A stretch of DNA of 64,000 nt from assembly GCA_046290225.1 (NCBI GenBank), contig JBKAGE010000077.1:64001-128000 (forward strand), read 5' to 3'. How positions within the stretch are numbered: the first letter of the stretch is position 1; the number at the start of each line of letters is the position of its first letter. Of the stretch, positions 10,901 to 20,672 are shown piece after piece. The translations under genes were made by a program, and so were the position numbers. This DNA comes from Bradymonadia bacterium (GTDB taxonomy: Bacteria > Myxococcota_A > Bradymonadia > UBA7976 > UBA1532). A model generated the notes under the pieces. The model was not told where the DNA came from. It made no database searches and saw only the letters and a list, made by a program, of their open reading frames with translations.

Positions 10901-13900
10901 CTCGGCTACGGCGACACCACTGTGCGAGGCAACCTGCCCGGGCAGATGGGCGTCAACCTGCCCTATGTGAACCTCGGCGGGAACTTCACTGGTGTGCAGG
11001 TCTGCAACAGCGTGCCCGTGGGCCTCTTCTGTGCCGACACCGACAGCAACGGCCTCTGTGACACCGTCGACCTCTACGGCACCGGCCTCACCCACTGCGC
11101 CATCAGCGACGCAGGAGCCCTGAAATGCTGGGGCTACAACGGCTTCGGTGGCCTCGGTCTCGGCGACATCCTCGATCGCGGGGATGATGCCAACGAGCTC
11201 CAGGGGCTCGCCTCCATCGACATCGGCAACGGCCGCCTCGCCGCCCAGGTGGTGGTGGGCGCGGTCCACACCTGTGCCCTTATGGACGATGGTCAAGTGA
11301 AGTGCTGGGGCTTCAACGCCCACGGGCAGCTCGGCCTCGGCGATGTCTCACATCGCGGCGACGGCGCCGGTGAGATGGGCAACGCCCTGGCGAGCATCCA
11401 TCTCGGCACCGGCCGCTTCGCCCAACAGATCGTATCGGGTGCGCACCACGTGTGTGCGCTGCTGGACAACGGCGGCATCAAGTGCTGGGGCCGCAACGAC
11501 TTCGGCCAGCTGGGCCAGGGCCACACCGACAGCTGTGGTGACGACCCCAATGAGATGGGCGACAACCTCGCCTACACCGACATTGGTGACGATCTGGTGG
11601 CAGTACAGCTGACTGCAGGGGCCAATCACACCTGTGCGATCTTGAACGACGGCTCGGTGAAGTGCTGGGGCTACAACGCCTTCGGCAACCTCGGCTACGG
11701 CTTCACTGACCACTGCGGTGACGAGCCCGGCGAGATGGGCAACGCCCTGCCCTTCACCGTACTCGGCGCCGATCGCGTCGCGGTACAGATCAGCGCTGGT
11801 GCCCATCACACGTGTGCATTGCTGGACGATGGCGGTCTCAAATGCTGGGGCTTCAACACCTTCGGCAACCTCGGCCTCGGCTTCACCGATCACTGCGGTG
11901 ACGACCCGAACGAGATGGGCGACAACCTGCCCTACGTACAGCTCGGTGCCGGACGCTTTGTCGACCTCGTCGCAGCAGGCGGCCATCACGCCTGTGCACT
12001 GCTCGACAACGGCGTGCTCAAGTGTTGGGGCGCCAACTTCAACGGCCAGCTCGGCCTCGGTGACTTCAACCACCGCGGCGACAACCCCAACGAGATGGGT
12101 GACTTGCTCGCCGGCGTCGATCTCGGCGGTTTGGGCATCCGCACCGGCCTTGGTGGCGGTGGCGGCGGCCTGCGCATCGGCGGCGGCAACGGCGGCGACT
12201 TCGGTGGTGTCGGCGGCGCAGGCCGCGGCGGCATCCTCGGCTTCGGCGGTGGTGGCATTGGTGGCCGCGTGGGTCTCGGCGGCGCAGGCGGCAATGGCCT
12301 CGGTGGCGGCTTCAGCGATGCCATCGGTGGTGTGCGCGTCGGTGTGCGCGGCGTCGGTGGCAGCATCGGCCTGAGCGCCGGCGGCACCATGGTCTTGCTG
12401 GACGACGGCAGCATACGCTGCTGGGGCGCCAACGGCTTTGGCCAGCTCGGCCTCGGCGATCGCATCAGCCGCGGCTTCTCTGCAGGTCAGATGGGCCAGA
12501 ACTTGCCGGCGGTGAGCCTCGGCTTCTCTGTGGGCAACATCTGTAATGCTGCGCCGGTGGGGCGCTTCTGCGCCGACACCGACGGCAATGGCCTCTGCCA
12601 GGACATCGACATCTCGGGTACGGGCCTGGCGAACTGCACCATCAGCGACGCCGGTGAGCTGAAGTGCTGGGGCTACAACGGCTTCGGCGGCCTAGGCCTC
12701 GGCGACCTCCTCAACCGCGGTGGCAACCCCAATGATCTCGCCGGCCTCGCCAGCGTGGCCCTTGGTGCCGGCCGCACCGCCGTGCAGGTGGTGCAGGGCG
12801 CGGTTCACACCTGTGCGTTGCTCGACGACGGCACGGTGAAGTGCTGGGGCTTCAACGCCCACGGCCAGCTCGGCCTCGGTGACATCCTCAGCCGCGGCGA
12901 CAACGCCAACGAGATGGGCGACGCCCTGGCGAGCATCGATCTCGGCGCGGGCCGCTTCGTGCAGCAGCTCGTGTCGGGCACGCACCACGTGTGCGCGCTG
13001 CTGGACAACGGCGGCATCAAGTGCTGGGGCCGCAACGACTTCGGTCAGTTGGGCCAGGGCCACACCGACAGCTGCGGTGATGACCCCAATGAGATGGGCG
13101 ACAACCTCGCTTACACCGACATCGGCACTGACCTCGTGGCGGTGCAGCTGACCGCAGGCGCCAACCACACCTGCGCGATTTTGAACGACGGCTCGGTGAA
13201 GTGCTGGGGTTACAACGCCTTCGGCAACCTCGGCTACGGCTTCACCGATCACTGCGGTGATGATCCCAACGAGATGGGTGACGCCCTGCCCTTCACCGTG
13301 CTCGGGACTGATCGTCTTGCGGTGCAGATCAGCGCTGGCGCTCATCACACGTGTGCACTGCTCGACGATGGCGGTCTCAAATGCTGGGGCTTCAACAGCT
13401 TCGGCAACCTCGGCCTCGGCTTCACCGATCACTGCGGTGACAACCCGAACGAGATGGGCGACAACCTGCCTTATGTGCAGCTCGGTGCCGGACGCTTCGT
13501 CGACCTCATCGCAGCAGGCGGCCATCACGCCTGTGCACTGCTCGACAACGGCGTCTTCAAGTGCTGGGGTGCCAACTTCAACGGCCAGCTCGGCCTCGGC
13601 GACTTCTTCAACCGTGGTGATGGCCCCAATGAGATGGGTGACTTGCTCGCTGGCGTCGATCTCGGTGGGGTGAGCATCCGCACCGGCATCGGCGGTGGCG
13701 GTGGCGGTCTGCGCTTCGGCGGTGGCGGCGGTGGCGACTTCGGTGGTGTCGGCGGCGCGGGCCGTGGCGGCATCCTCGGCTTCGGCGGTGGCGGCATCGG
13801 TGGCCGCGTGGGTCTCGGCGGCGCAGGCGGCAATGGCCTCGGTGGCGGCTTCAGCGATGCCATCGGCGGTGTACGCGTCGGCGTCCGTGGCGCCGGTGGC

Positions 13901-16900
13901 GCCATCAGCCTCAACGGAAGCGGCACCATGGTCCTTCTGGCCAACGGCGGCATCAAGGCCTGGGGCGGCAACGGCTTTGGTCAGCTCGGCCTCGGCGATC
14001 TGCTCGGCCGTGGGTTCCTCGCCGGCCACATGGGCCTCGGCCTGCCCCTGCTCGGCTTCGGTCCGGGCTTCTTCGCGGCGCAGATCTGCAACGCTGTGCC
14101 TGTGGGCCGGTTCTGCGCCGACACCGACGGCAACGGCATCTGTCAGGGCATCGACCTCTCGGGTACGGGCCTGGCGAACTGCGCCATCAGCGACGCCGGT
14201 GAGCTGAAGTGCTGGGGCTACAACGGCTTCGGCGGCCTCGGCCTCGGCGACATCCTCGACCGCGGTGGCAACCCTGGCGATCTCGGCGCCCTGGCGTCGA
14301 TCGATCTCGGCCCTGGCCGCACGGCAGTGCAGGTGGCCATCGGCGCCCTGCACGCCTGTGTGCTCATGGACAACGGTCAGGTGAAGTGCTGGGGCTTCAA
14401 CGCCCACGGCCAGCTTGGCCTCGGTGACGTGAGCATCCGCGGTGACGGCCCCGGCGAGATGGGCGTGGCCCTCGGCGCGGTCGATCTGGGCACTGGGCGC
14501 TTCGCCCAGCAAATCGTCGCCGGTACACATCACATGTGCGCGCTGCTCGACAACGGTGGGGTGAAGTGCTGGGGCCGCAACGACTTCGGTCAGCTGGGCC
14601 AGGGCCACACCGAGAGCTGCGGTGACGATCCGAACGAGATGGGCGACAACCTCGCCTACACGCTCCTCGGCGACAATCTGCACGTCATGCAGCTCGCCGC
14701 TGGGGCGAACCACACCTGCGCGATCTTGAACGACGGCTCGGTGAAGTGCTGGGGCTACAACGCCTTCGGCAACCTCGGCTACGGCTTCACCGATCACTGC
14801 GGTGACGAGCCCGGCGAGATGGGCAACGCCCTGCCCTTCACCCTCTTTGGCCTGGGCCGCTTCGCTCAGCAGATCAGCGCCGGCGCGCACCATACCTGTG
14901 TGCTGCTCGACGACGGCGGGGTGAAGTGCTGGGGCTTCAACAGCTTCGGCAACCTCGGCCTCGGCTTCACCGATCACTGCGGTGACAACCCCGGCGAGAT
15001 GGGCGATCTCCTCCCCTATGTGCAGCTCGGCGCTGGACGCTTCGTCGATATGGTCGTCGCCGGCGGCCACCACGTATGTGCGTTGCTCGACAACGGCGTG
15101 CTCAAGTGCTGGGGCGCCAACTTCAACGGCCAGCTCGGCCTCGGCGACTTCTTCAACCGCGGCGACGGCCCCGGCGAGATGGGTGACTTCCTGCCCGGCA
15201 TCAGCATCGGTGGCGGAGGCGGCATCGGCATCCGCGGCGGCGGCCTCAGCTTCGGCCGCGGTGGCGGCTTCGGCGGCTTCGGTGGCGGCGGTGGCGGCGG
15301 CGGTGGCGGTGGTGGCCTCAGCTTCGGTGGCGGCGGTGGCCGCAGCTTCGGCGGTGGCTTCGGTCGACGCATCGGTGGCAGCCGCATCGGCGGTCGCTTC
15401 GGTGGCGGCGGAGGTGGCGGCGGAGGCGGCGGTGGAGGCGGCGGTGGCGGCTTCGGCATCGGTGGCCTTGGCGGCGGCGGTGGCCTCAGCTTCGGCGGCA
15501 TCGGCGGTGGCAGCATCGGCGGCGGCGGTCTCCGGCTCAGCGCCGGGGGCACCATGGTGTTCCTCGACGACGGCAGCGTGCGGTGTTGGGGCGCCAACGG
15601 CTTCGGCGGCCTCGGCCTCGGCGACTTGCTCGGCCGCGGGTTCCTCCCTGGTCACATGGGCATCAACCTCGGCTCCATCGGGTTCCCCGTGGGCTTCGTC
15701 GTCGGCGAGATCTGCAACGCCGTGCCCATGGCGCTGTTCTGCAGCGACACTGACGGGAACGGCCTGTGTCAGGTCATCGACAATGCCGACAACGGCCTCT
15801 CTCAATGTGTCATCGGCGCCGATGGCGGCGTACGGTGTTGGGGCTTCAACGCCTTTGGTCAGCTGGGGCTCGGAGACATCCTCGATCGAGGTGACGGCTT
15901 CGGCGGCGCGGTGGCCAACCTGCCCGCCATCAACCTCGGCGTAGGCCGCATCGCCACTCAGGTGGTCACCGGCGCCGCCCACGGGTGTGCACTCTTGGAC
16001 AACGGCGGCATCAAGTGCTGGGGCTTCAATGGCCACGGTCAGCTCGGCCTCGGCGACGTGAACCTCCGCGGCGCCAACCCTGGCGAGATGGGTGACTTCC
16101 TGCCCTTCGTGAACCTCGGCACTGGCCGCACTGCTCTGCAGGTGGTCACCGGTGGCCATCACGTCTGCGCCATCCTCGACGATCGCGGGGTGAAGTGCTG
16201 GGGCCGCAACGACTTCGGTCAGCTCGGTCTCGGTGACGTGCTCGGCCGAGGCGGTATCCCCGGCCAGATGGGCGACGCTCTGCCCTATGTGCAGCTCGGC
16301 ACCGGCCGTACGGCGCTTCAGCTGAGCGCCGGCGCCAACCACACCTGCGCGATCCTCGACAACGGTGGCATCAAGTGCTGGGGCTACAACGCCTTCGGCA
16401 ACCTCGGCCTCGGCTTCACCGATCACTGTGGCGACGAGCCTGGCGAGATGGGCGACGCCCTGCCCTTCGTGCAGCTTGGCACCGGCCGCCTCGTGGGCCA
16501 GCTGAGCGCCGGCGCCAACCACACCTGCGCGGTGCTCGACGACGGCGGGGTGAAGTGTTGGGGCTTCAACAGCTTCGGCAACCTCGGCCTCGGTTTCACC
16601 GATCACTGCGGCGACAACCCCGGCGAGATGGGCGACGCCTTGCCCTACACCGGCCTCGGCGGCGGGGTCAGGGTCGACACCCTCGTCTGTGGTGGCCAGC
16701 ACAGCTGTGCCCTGCTCGACAACGGCTCACTCAAGTGCTGGGGCGCCAACAACCTCGGCCAGCTTGGCTACGGCGACGTGTTCCCCCGCGGCATCATCCC
16801 CGGTCAGATGGGCGACAGCCTCGGTGGCATCAGCCTCGGCGGCGGCTCCATCCGATCCGGCAGCGGCCTCGGCGGTGGCGGCGGTGGTGGCGGTGGTGGT

Positions 16901-18580
16901 GGTGGCGGTGGCCTCGGTGGTGCCGGCTTCGGCGGTGGCGGCATCGGCATCGGCGGCGGCGGTACCATGGCCGTCTTCGACAACGGCGCCATCAAGTGTT
17001 GGGGCGGCAACGGCTTTGGCCAGCTCGGCCTCGACGATGTGCTCTGTCGTGGATCCAACCCCGACGAGATGGGAGCCAACCTGTCCTCGGTCGACTTCGG
17101 TGAGGGCGGCTTCACGCCGGTGCACGCCAACGGCGAGATCGTATTGCCCCTGCCCGACTGTGACGATGCAGATGGCGATTTGCAGTGCGACGAGGACGAT
17201 CCCTGCCCGAACGACGCCGCCAACGACGCTGACGGCGACGGCATCTGCGGTGACGTGGACAACTGCCCCACCATCGCCAACGGCGATCAGGCCGACGACA
17301 ACGGCGACGGCTTCGGCGACGACTGCATCAGCCCGTCGGCCAACATCGATCCGTCGGCCAACATCGACGGTGACGTGATCATCGGGCCCAACGCCGAGAT
17401 CGGCCCCAACTGTCACATCGGCGACGGGGCGGTCATCAATGGCACCCTCGGCGACGGCGTGGTCGTTGGCCCCGGCACCGTGGTGAACGAAGGCGCGGTG
17501 GTCTCCGACGGCGCCCGCATCGGTGACAACTGCGGCATCGGTGCCAACTGCAACATCGGCGTGCTCGCCGAGATCGGCAACAACGTCACCCTCGGCGCGC
17601 GCTGCACCATCGGCGGCCGCGCCATCGTCGGCGACGGCGTCACCACCGACGTCGACATCGAGTTCGACGAGCAATGCCGCATCGGCGCATTCACCGAGGT
17701 GGGCGCCGAGTGCTACGTCGGGGTCAACACCAGCATCGGCGAGAACGGCGTCATCGACCGTGATTGCTGGCTGGGCCCGAACAGCCTCCTCGGCGACGAC
17801 TATGTCTTCGGCACCGACGCCTACTTCGAGGCCAATGTGCGGGTGAGCAACACCGCCACCTTCGGCAACAACGTACGCGTCCTCAGCTACGCCGTGGTGG
17901 GCGACAACGTCAGCCTCGACGATGGGGTGGAGCTCGCCTCTGGTGGTGAGGCCGGTGACAACACCGTCATCGGCGCCAACACCGAGATTCGTGGTCAGGT
18001 GGGCGCCGACGTCGTCATCGGCACCGACGCCTTCCTCGGCAACCAGAGCAGCTTCGGCGATGGCTGTGTGGTGGGCGATCGCGTGAGCACGGGCATCTTC
18101 GCCACCCTCGCCACGGGCTGCCAGATCGGATCCGACACGGCGATCTACGACGGGGTAGTCCTCGGCGCCAACGGTGTCATCGGCAACGAAGCCACGGTGC
18201 TCTTCTACTCGACCTTCGGCACCGACGCGAACGTCGGCGCCAACAGCTTCATCGACGAGCGAATCGAGGCGGGCAACAACTTCACGGTGGGCACCAACAG
18301 CCGCCTCTGGCCACGGAGCAGCTACGGCAACGGCATCAACATCGGCAACGACGTGTTGATCCGCGACACCGCCGACGTGGGCGATCGGGTCACCATCGAG
18401 AATGGCGTGATCATCTTCCCCAGCACCACCATCGGCGACGACGCCACGATCCGCGAGGGCGTGGAAATCGGCGTGGCCAACTGCCCGACGCAGCGCTGCG
18501 GTCAGGTCACCATCGGCGCTTGCCAGGATGTCGACGAAGACATGACACCGGTCTCCTCCTCGCCAGACACCTGCAACTGA
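7967..18580 (+). CDS. Giant secreted protein (3537 aa): six RCC1/BLIP-II repeat modules, Gly-rich inserts, TSP type-3 repeats, C-terminal left-handed beta-helix
   Basis: Signal peptide; dozens of HTCA-LDDGxVKCWGxNxxGQLGxG...EMGD repeats; DxDGD/DNCP repeats at about 9385-9545 and 17155-17330; hexapeptide [IV]GxN/D repeats at about 17330-18480. Confidence 0.93.
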   Translation: MAVNTAGRHMINHHALLRGFLALAVPTALFAVSHQTAEASIGLNSCAVDIDGQVKCWGFNNQGQLGYGDTVQRGDQAFEMGDDLPPVDLGPFGFAQQVASGFSHACVLLESNEVKCWGFNNQGQLGIGNTVNQGDGPNEMGNNLQAVDLGTDALVVQLSAANHHTCALFDDGFVKCWGSNTHGRLGVGDTNRRGDGPDEMGFDLPYVDLGFFDFATQIATGEGHNCALFEDGRVKCWGLNHLGQLGYGDTEWRGDDENDNEMGDDLPYVDLGTGRTATQVGTNSYSSCALLDNGQVKCWGANFAGQLGLGDTNNRGDGPGEMGDALPAVDLGPGRTALQIAMGYNHSCAILDDHTVKCWGENGDGQLGLGDTNDRGDGAGEMGASLPAVDLGFTAQIALINAGSGHTCALFVDETIKCWGKNLQGQLGYGNNGNIGDAPGEMGDDLDIVDLGFFFPMGLWDPIGPVGGGGGGNPDTDGDTVPDAQDNCPDIFNILQIDGDNDGIGDDCDICPEHADNDPDGDGVCAPVEPVGAGQSHCAIGANGEVKCWGFNAFGQLGQGDTTDRGDDPNELSAMPAVGLGNGRSGAQVVTGSAHACVLMDNGQVKCWGHNALGQLGLGDTENRGDAAGEMGDALASVDLGTGRFAQQVVSGASHVCALLDDGGIKCWGGNEFGQLGHGDTENCGDDPNEMGDNLIYTDLGADLTAVQLTAGANHTCAILNDGSVKCWGFNTYGNLGYGFTDHCGDNPNEMGDNLPFTVLGTDRTAGQITAGNDHTCAVLDNGGVKCWGFNTYGNLGYGFTDHCGDDPNEMGDALPYTNLGTNRLADMVAAGGHHTCAWLDDDSLKCWGLNHLGQLGYGDINSRGDEANEMGDNLPAVSLGGLLRSSVAGGGGGLSGPGGGGIGGGIEGGGPGLRVGGGISFGGVSGGGFGGGFSDAIGGVRVGVRGVGGSISLSSGATMVLLDDGGIKCFGDNEYGQLGYGDTTVRGNLPGQMGVNLPYVNLGGNFTGVQVCNSVPVGLFCADTDSNGLCDTVDLYGTGLTHCAISDAGALKCWGYNGFGGLGLGDILDRGDDANELQGLASIDIGNGRLAAQVVVGAVHTCALMDDGQVKCWGFNAHGQLGLGDVSHRGDGAGEMGNALASIHLGTGRFAQQIVSGAHHVCALLDNGGIKCWGRNDFGQLGQGHTDSCGDDPNEMGDNLAYTDIGDDLVAVQLTAGANHTCAILNDGSVKCWGYNAFGNLGYGFTDHCGDEPGEMGNALPFTVLGADRVAVQISAGAHHTCALLDDGGLKCWGFNTFGNLGLGFTDHCGDDPNEMGDNLPYVQLGAGRFVDLVAAGGHHACALLDNGVLKCWGANFNGQLGLGDFNHRGDNPNEMGDLLAGVDLGGLGIRTGLGGGGGGLRIGGGNGGDFGGVGGAGRGGILGFGGGGIGGRVGLGGAGGNGLGGGFSDAIGGVRVGVRGVGGSIGLSAGGTMVLLDDGSIRCWGANGFGQLGLGDRISRGFSAGQMGQNLPAVSLGFSVGNICNAAPVGRFCADTDGNGLCQDIDISGTGLANCTISDAGELKCWGYNGFGGLGLGDLLNRGGNPNDLAGLASVALGAGRTAVQVVQGAVHTCALLDDGTVKCWGFNAHGQLGLGDILSRGDNANEMGDALASIDLGAGRFVQQLVSGTHHVCALLDNGGIKCWGRNDFGQLGQGHTDSCGDDPNEMGDNLAYTDIGTDLVAVQLTAGANHTCAILNDGSVKCWGYNAFGNLGYGFTDHCGDDPNEMGDALPFTVLGTDRLAVQISAGAHHTCALLDDGGLKCWGFNSFGNLGLGFTDHCGDNPNEMGDNLPYVQLGAGRFVDLIAAGGHHACALLDNGVFKCWGANFNGQLGLGDFFNRGDGPNEMGDLLAGVDLGGVSIRTGIGGGGGGLRFGGGGGGDFGGVGGAGRGGILGFGGGGIGGRVGLGGAGGNGLGGGFSDAIGGVRVGVRGAGGAISLNGSGTMVLLANGGIKAWGGNGFGQLGLGDLLGRGFLAGHMGLGLPLLGFGPGFFAAQICNAVPVGRFCADTDGNGICQGIDLSGTGLANCAISDAGELKCWGYNGFGGLGLGDILDRGGNPGDLGALASIDLGPGRTAVQVAIGALHACVLMDNGQVKCWGFNAHGQLGLGDVSIRGDGPGEMGVALGAVDLGTGRFAQQIVAGTHHMCALLDNGGVKCWGRNDFGQLGQGHTESCGDDPNEMGDNLAYTLLGDNLHVMQLAAGANHTCAILNDGSVKCWGYNAFGNLGYGFTDHCGDEPGEMGNALPFTLFGLGRFAQQISAGAHHTCVLLDDGGVKCWGFNSFGNLGLGFTDHCGDNPGEMGDLLPYVQLGAGRFVDMVVAGGHHVCALLDNGVLKCWGANFNGQLGLGDFFNRGDGPGEMGDFLPGISIGGGGGIGIRGGGLSFGRGGGFGGFGGGGGGGGGGGGLSFGGGGGRSFGGGFGRRIGGSRIGGRFGGGGGGGGGGGGGGGGGFGIGGLGGGGGLSFGGIGGGSIGGGGLRLSAGGTMVFLDDGSVRCWGANGFGGLGLGDLLGRGFLPGHMGINLGSIGFPVGFVVGEICNAVPMALFCSDTDGNGLCQVIDNADNGLSQCVIGADGGVRCWGFNAFGQLGLGDILDRGDGFGGAVANLPAINLGVGRIATQVVTGAAHGCALLDNGGIKCWGFNGHGQLGLGDVNLRGANPGEMGDFLPFVNLGTGRTALQVVTGGHHVCAILDDRGVKCWGRNDFGQLGLGDVLGRGGIPGQMGDALPYVQLGTGRTALQLSAGANHTCAILDNGGIKCWGYNAFGNLGLGFTDHCGDEPGEMGDALPFVQLGTGRLVGQLSAGANHTCAVLDDGGVKCWGFNSFGNLGLGFTDHCGDNPGEMGDALPYTGLGGGVRVDTLVCGGQHSCALLDNGSLKCWGANNLGQLGYGDVFPRGIIPGQMGDSLGGISLGGGSIRSGSGLGGGGGGGGGGGGGGLGGAGFGGGGIGIGGGGTMAVFDNGAIKCWGGNGFGQLGLDDVLCRGSNPDEMGANLSSVDFGEGGFTPVHANGEIVLPLPDCDDADGDLQCDEDDPCPNDAANDADGDGICGDVDNCPTIANGDQADDNGDGFGDDCISPSANIDPSANIDGDVIIGPNAEIGPNCHIGDGAVINGTLGDGVVVGPGTVVNEGAVVSDGARIGDNCGIGANCNIGVLAEIGNNVTLGARCTIGGRAIVGDGVTTDVDIEFDEQCRIGAFTEVGAECYVGVNTSIGENGVIDRDCWLGPNSLLGDDYVFGTDAYFEANVRVSNTATFGNNVRVLSYAVVGDNVSLDDGVELASGGEAGDNTVIGANTEIRGQVGADVVIGTDAFLGNQSSFGDGCVVGDRVSTGIFATLATGCQIGSDTAIYDGVVLGANGVIGNEATVLFYSTFGTDANVGANSFIDERIEAGNNFTVGTNSRLWPRSSYGNGINIGNDVLIRDTADVGDRVTIENGVIIFPSTTIGDDATIREGVEIGVANCPTQRCGQVTIGACQDVDEDMTPVSSSPDTCN

Positions 18581-18593
18581 CAGTTCAGGTCAG

Positions 18594-18627
18594 CGCAGGC
18601 GACTCATACCTCTCCGGGTCGCCTGCG
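18594..18627 (+). terminator. Stem-loop just downstream of the giant gene
   Basis: CGCAGGCGACTC-N10-GGGTCGCCTGCG, 12-bp stem with one G-U pair; no U-tract. Confidence 0.45.
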
Positions 18628-18731
18628 GTGTGATGCCCTCCGCCGTTTCCCCTACAGAACAGTGTGTTCTGGCAACGTCCAGCCCTCGATGACGTCTACT
18701 CTGTGTTCCCATCACCAGAGACGAGTACATC

Positions 18732-19691
18732 ATGGGCATGTTGATCGACGGTCAGTGGCATCGGGAGAGCGAGATCCCCCGCACCGATGGCGCCTTCAAA
18801 CGGCAGAACAGCCAGTTTCGCAATTGGATCACGACAGATGGCGCCCCAGGGCCCAGCGGTGAGGGTGGGTTCCCTGCAGAAAAGGGGCGATACCATCTCT
18901 ACGTCTCTCACGCATGCCCGTGGGCCCACCGCACCCTGATCTTCAGAGCCCTCAAGGGCCTCGAGGATCACATCAGCATCTCGGTGGTGCACCCCGACAT
19001 GTTCGACGAAGGCTGGACCTTCGAGCCCGGCGAGGGGGTGATCCCCGATCCGATCCATGGGGCCACGCGTCTCTACGAGCTGTATCAGCGCGCTGATCCC
19101 AGCTACACCGCCCGAGTCACCGTGCCCCTGCTCTGGGACAAGGTCCGCGATTTGGCTGTATCGAACGAGTCATCGGAGATCATCCGCATGCTCAACAGCG
19201 CCTTCGACGACGTGGGCGCCACAGGACCCGACTTCTATCCCGAGCCGCTCCGAGCCGAGATCGACGCCATCAACGATCGCATCTATCACACGGTGAACAA
19301 CGGCGTGTACAAGACCGGGTTCGCCAGCAAACAGGCCATCTACGAGGCCGAAGTCACTGCGCTCTTCGACACCCTCGACTTTCTCGAAGATCACCTCGAA
19401 GGGCGCACCTTTCTCGTGGGTGAGACCCTCACCGAGGCGGACTGGCGGCTGTTCACCACCTTGATCAGGTTCGACGCCGTCTATGTGACTCACTTCAAGT
19501 GCAACAAGAAGCGCATTGCCGATTACCCGAGACTCCAGGCCTATTTGGAGCGTCTCTACGCCACACCTGGAGTGGCTGGCACTGTGCACATGGACCACAT
19601 CAAAGGGCACTACTTCAGGAGCCACCGCAGCCTCAACCCCAAGGGCATCGTGCCTCTGGGGCCAGATCTGCCCTTTATGCGACCCCTCTGA
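18732..19691 (+). CDS. yqjG: Glutathionyl-hydroquinone reductase (YqjG/ECM4-type GST)
   Basis: MGMLIDGQW start, RYHLYVSHACPWAHR, TVPLLWD, SNESSEIIRM, NNGVYKTGFA, RFDAVYVTHFKCN. Confidence 0.92.
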   Translation: MGMLIDGQWHRESEIPRTDGAFKRQNSQFRNWITTDGAPGPSGEGGFPAEKGRYHLYVSHACPWAHRTLIFRALKGLEDHISISVVHPDMFDEGWTFEPGEGVIPDPIHGATRLYELYQRADPSYTARVTVPLLWDKVRDLAVSNESSEIIRMLNSAFDDVGATGPDFYPEPLRAEIDAINDRIYHTVNNGVYKTGFASKQAIYEAEVTALFDTLDFLEDHLEGRTFLVGETLTEADWRLFTTLIRFDAVYVTHFKCNKKRIADYPRLQAYLERLYATPGVAGTVHMDHIKGHYFRSHRSLNPKGIVPLGPDLPFMRPL

Positions 19692-19703
19692 AAGGCGCCC
19701 TTC

Positions 19704-20540
19704 ATGTTGCGTATCATGATGCTGTTGGGCATCGCCCTCACACCAACGCCCATCCTCGCTCAAGCGCCAGGCTCACAGCCCAGCCCTACATCTCAGCCCA
19801 GTTCACAACCCAGCTCACAACCCGCTGCGCAGAACGCCTTCGCTGCGCCCATCGCCAGGGCCCATGGCGCAGCAGTGTATGCGAGCAAGGCCGCTGTGCA
19901 GGCCGACATCGAGCTGACTTTCGGCGGCAAGCCCCGCCTCAAAGGCACGATGCGGTTCGATCGCGCTTTGAGCAAAAGCCGCATCGAAACCCATGATGGG
20001 GTGATCATGGTCTTCGATGGTGAGAAGGCGTGGATCAGCCCCAAGGAGAACCCTCGAAAGAAGGTGCGCTTTGCGTTGCTGACGTGGCCCTATTTCATGG
20101 TGGCGCCCTTCAAGCTCGCTGATCCTGGAGTGAAGATCGCCGAAGCAGGGCAGATGCCATTGATGGCCGGTGGGGCCCCTCAGAGCGTGCTCAAGATGAC
20201 TTTTGCCGCAGGCATCGGTGACACACCAGATGACTGGTATATTCTGTACACCGATGACAAAAAACAGATGAAAGCCATGTCGTACATTGTCACGTATGGC
20301 ACCAAGGCAGAGAAGGCCGAGTCAGAGCCCCACGCGATTCAGTACCATGACTTCACCACTGTGGACGGGGTGGTCTTCGCCACCCGGTGGACCTTCCACC
20401 ACTGGTCCGAGCGCCAGGGAGTTCACGGCGCTCCCCTCGGCGAGGCCAGGCTGAGCAATATATCCTTTGTGCCTGCAAACATTCAGGATTTCACAGCCCC
20501 CGAACGATCTCGGGAAGACACACTCCCCCCCCAGAAATGA
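19704..20540 (+). CDS. Secreted hypothetical protein (DUF6503-like), with an SQPS low-complexity N-terminus
   Basis: Signal peptide; AHG...FDGEKAW...WPYFMVAPFKLADPG...GDTPDDWY pattern. Confidence 0.55.
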   Translation: MLRIMMLLGIALTPTPILAQAPGSQPSPTSQPSSQPSSQPAAQNAFAAPIARAHGAAVYASKAAVQADIELTFGGKPRLKGTMRFDRALSKSRIETHDGVIMVFDGEKAWISPKENPRKKVRFALLTWPYFMVAPFKLADPGVKIAEAGQMPLMAGGAPQSVLKMTFAAGIGDTPDDWYILYTDDKKQMKAMSYIVTYGTKAEKAESEPHAIQYHDFTTVDGVVFATRWTFHHWSERQGVHGAPLGEARLSNISFVPANIQDFTAPERSREDTLPPQK

Positions 20541-20672
20541 TGGGTGTCTTGCCCCATTCCGGGGCACTGTAGGCTTTTGTATCATAATGTCAGAAACCGG
20601 GTGTCATCCAAGGTCGTACAAGGTATCCTCCTACCGTAGAGATACCTATCACCCGTTTGGGAGACACCGTTC

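Noticed and set aside
12692..16702. 1336-aa antisense ORF and similar long shadow ORFs (e.g. 34404-37073, 5188-6597, 51441-53033)
   Set aside because: These are reverse-frame shadows of real high-GC genes and show no independent motifs.
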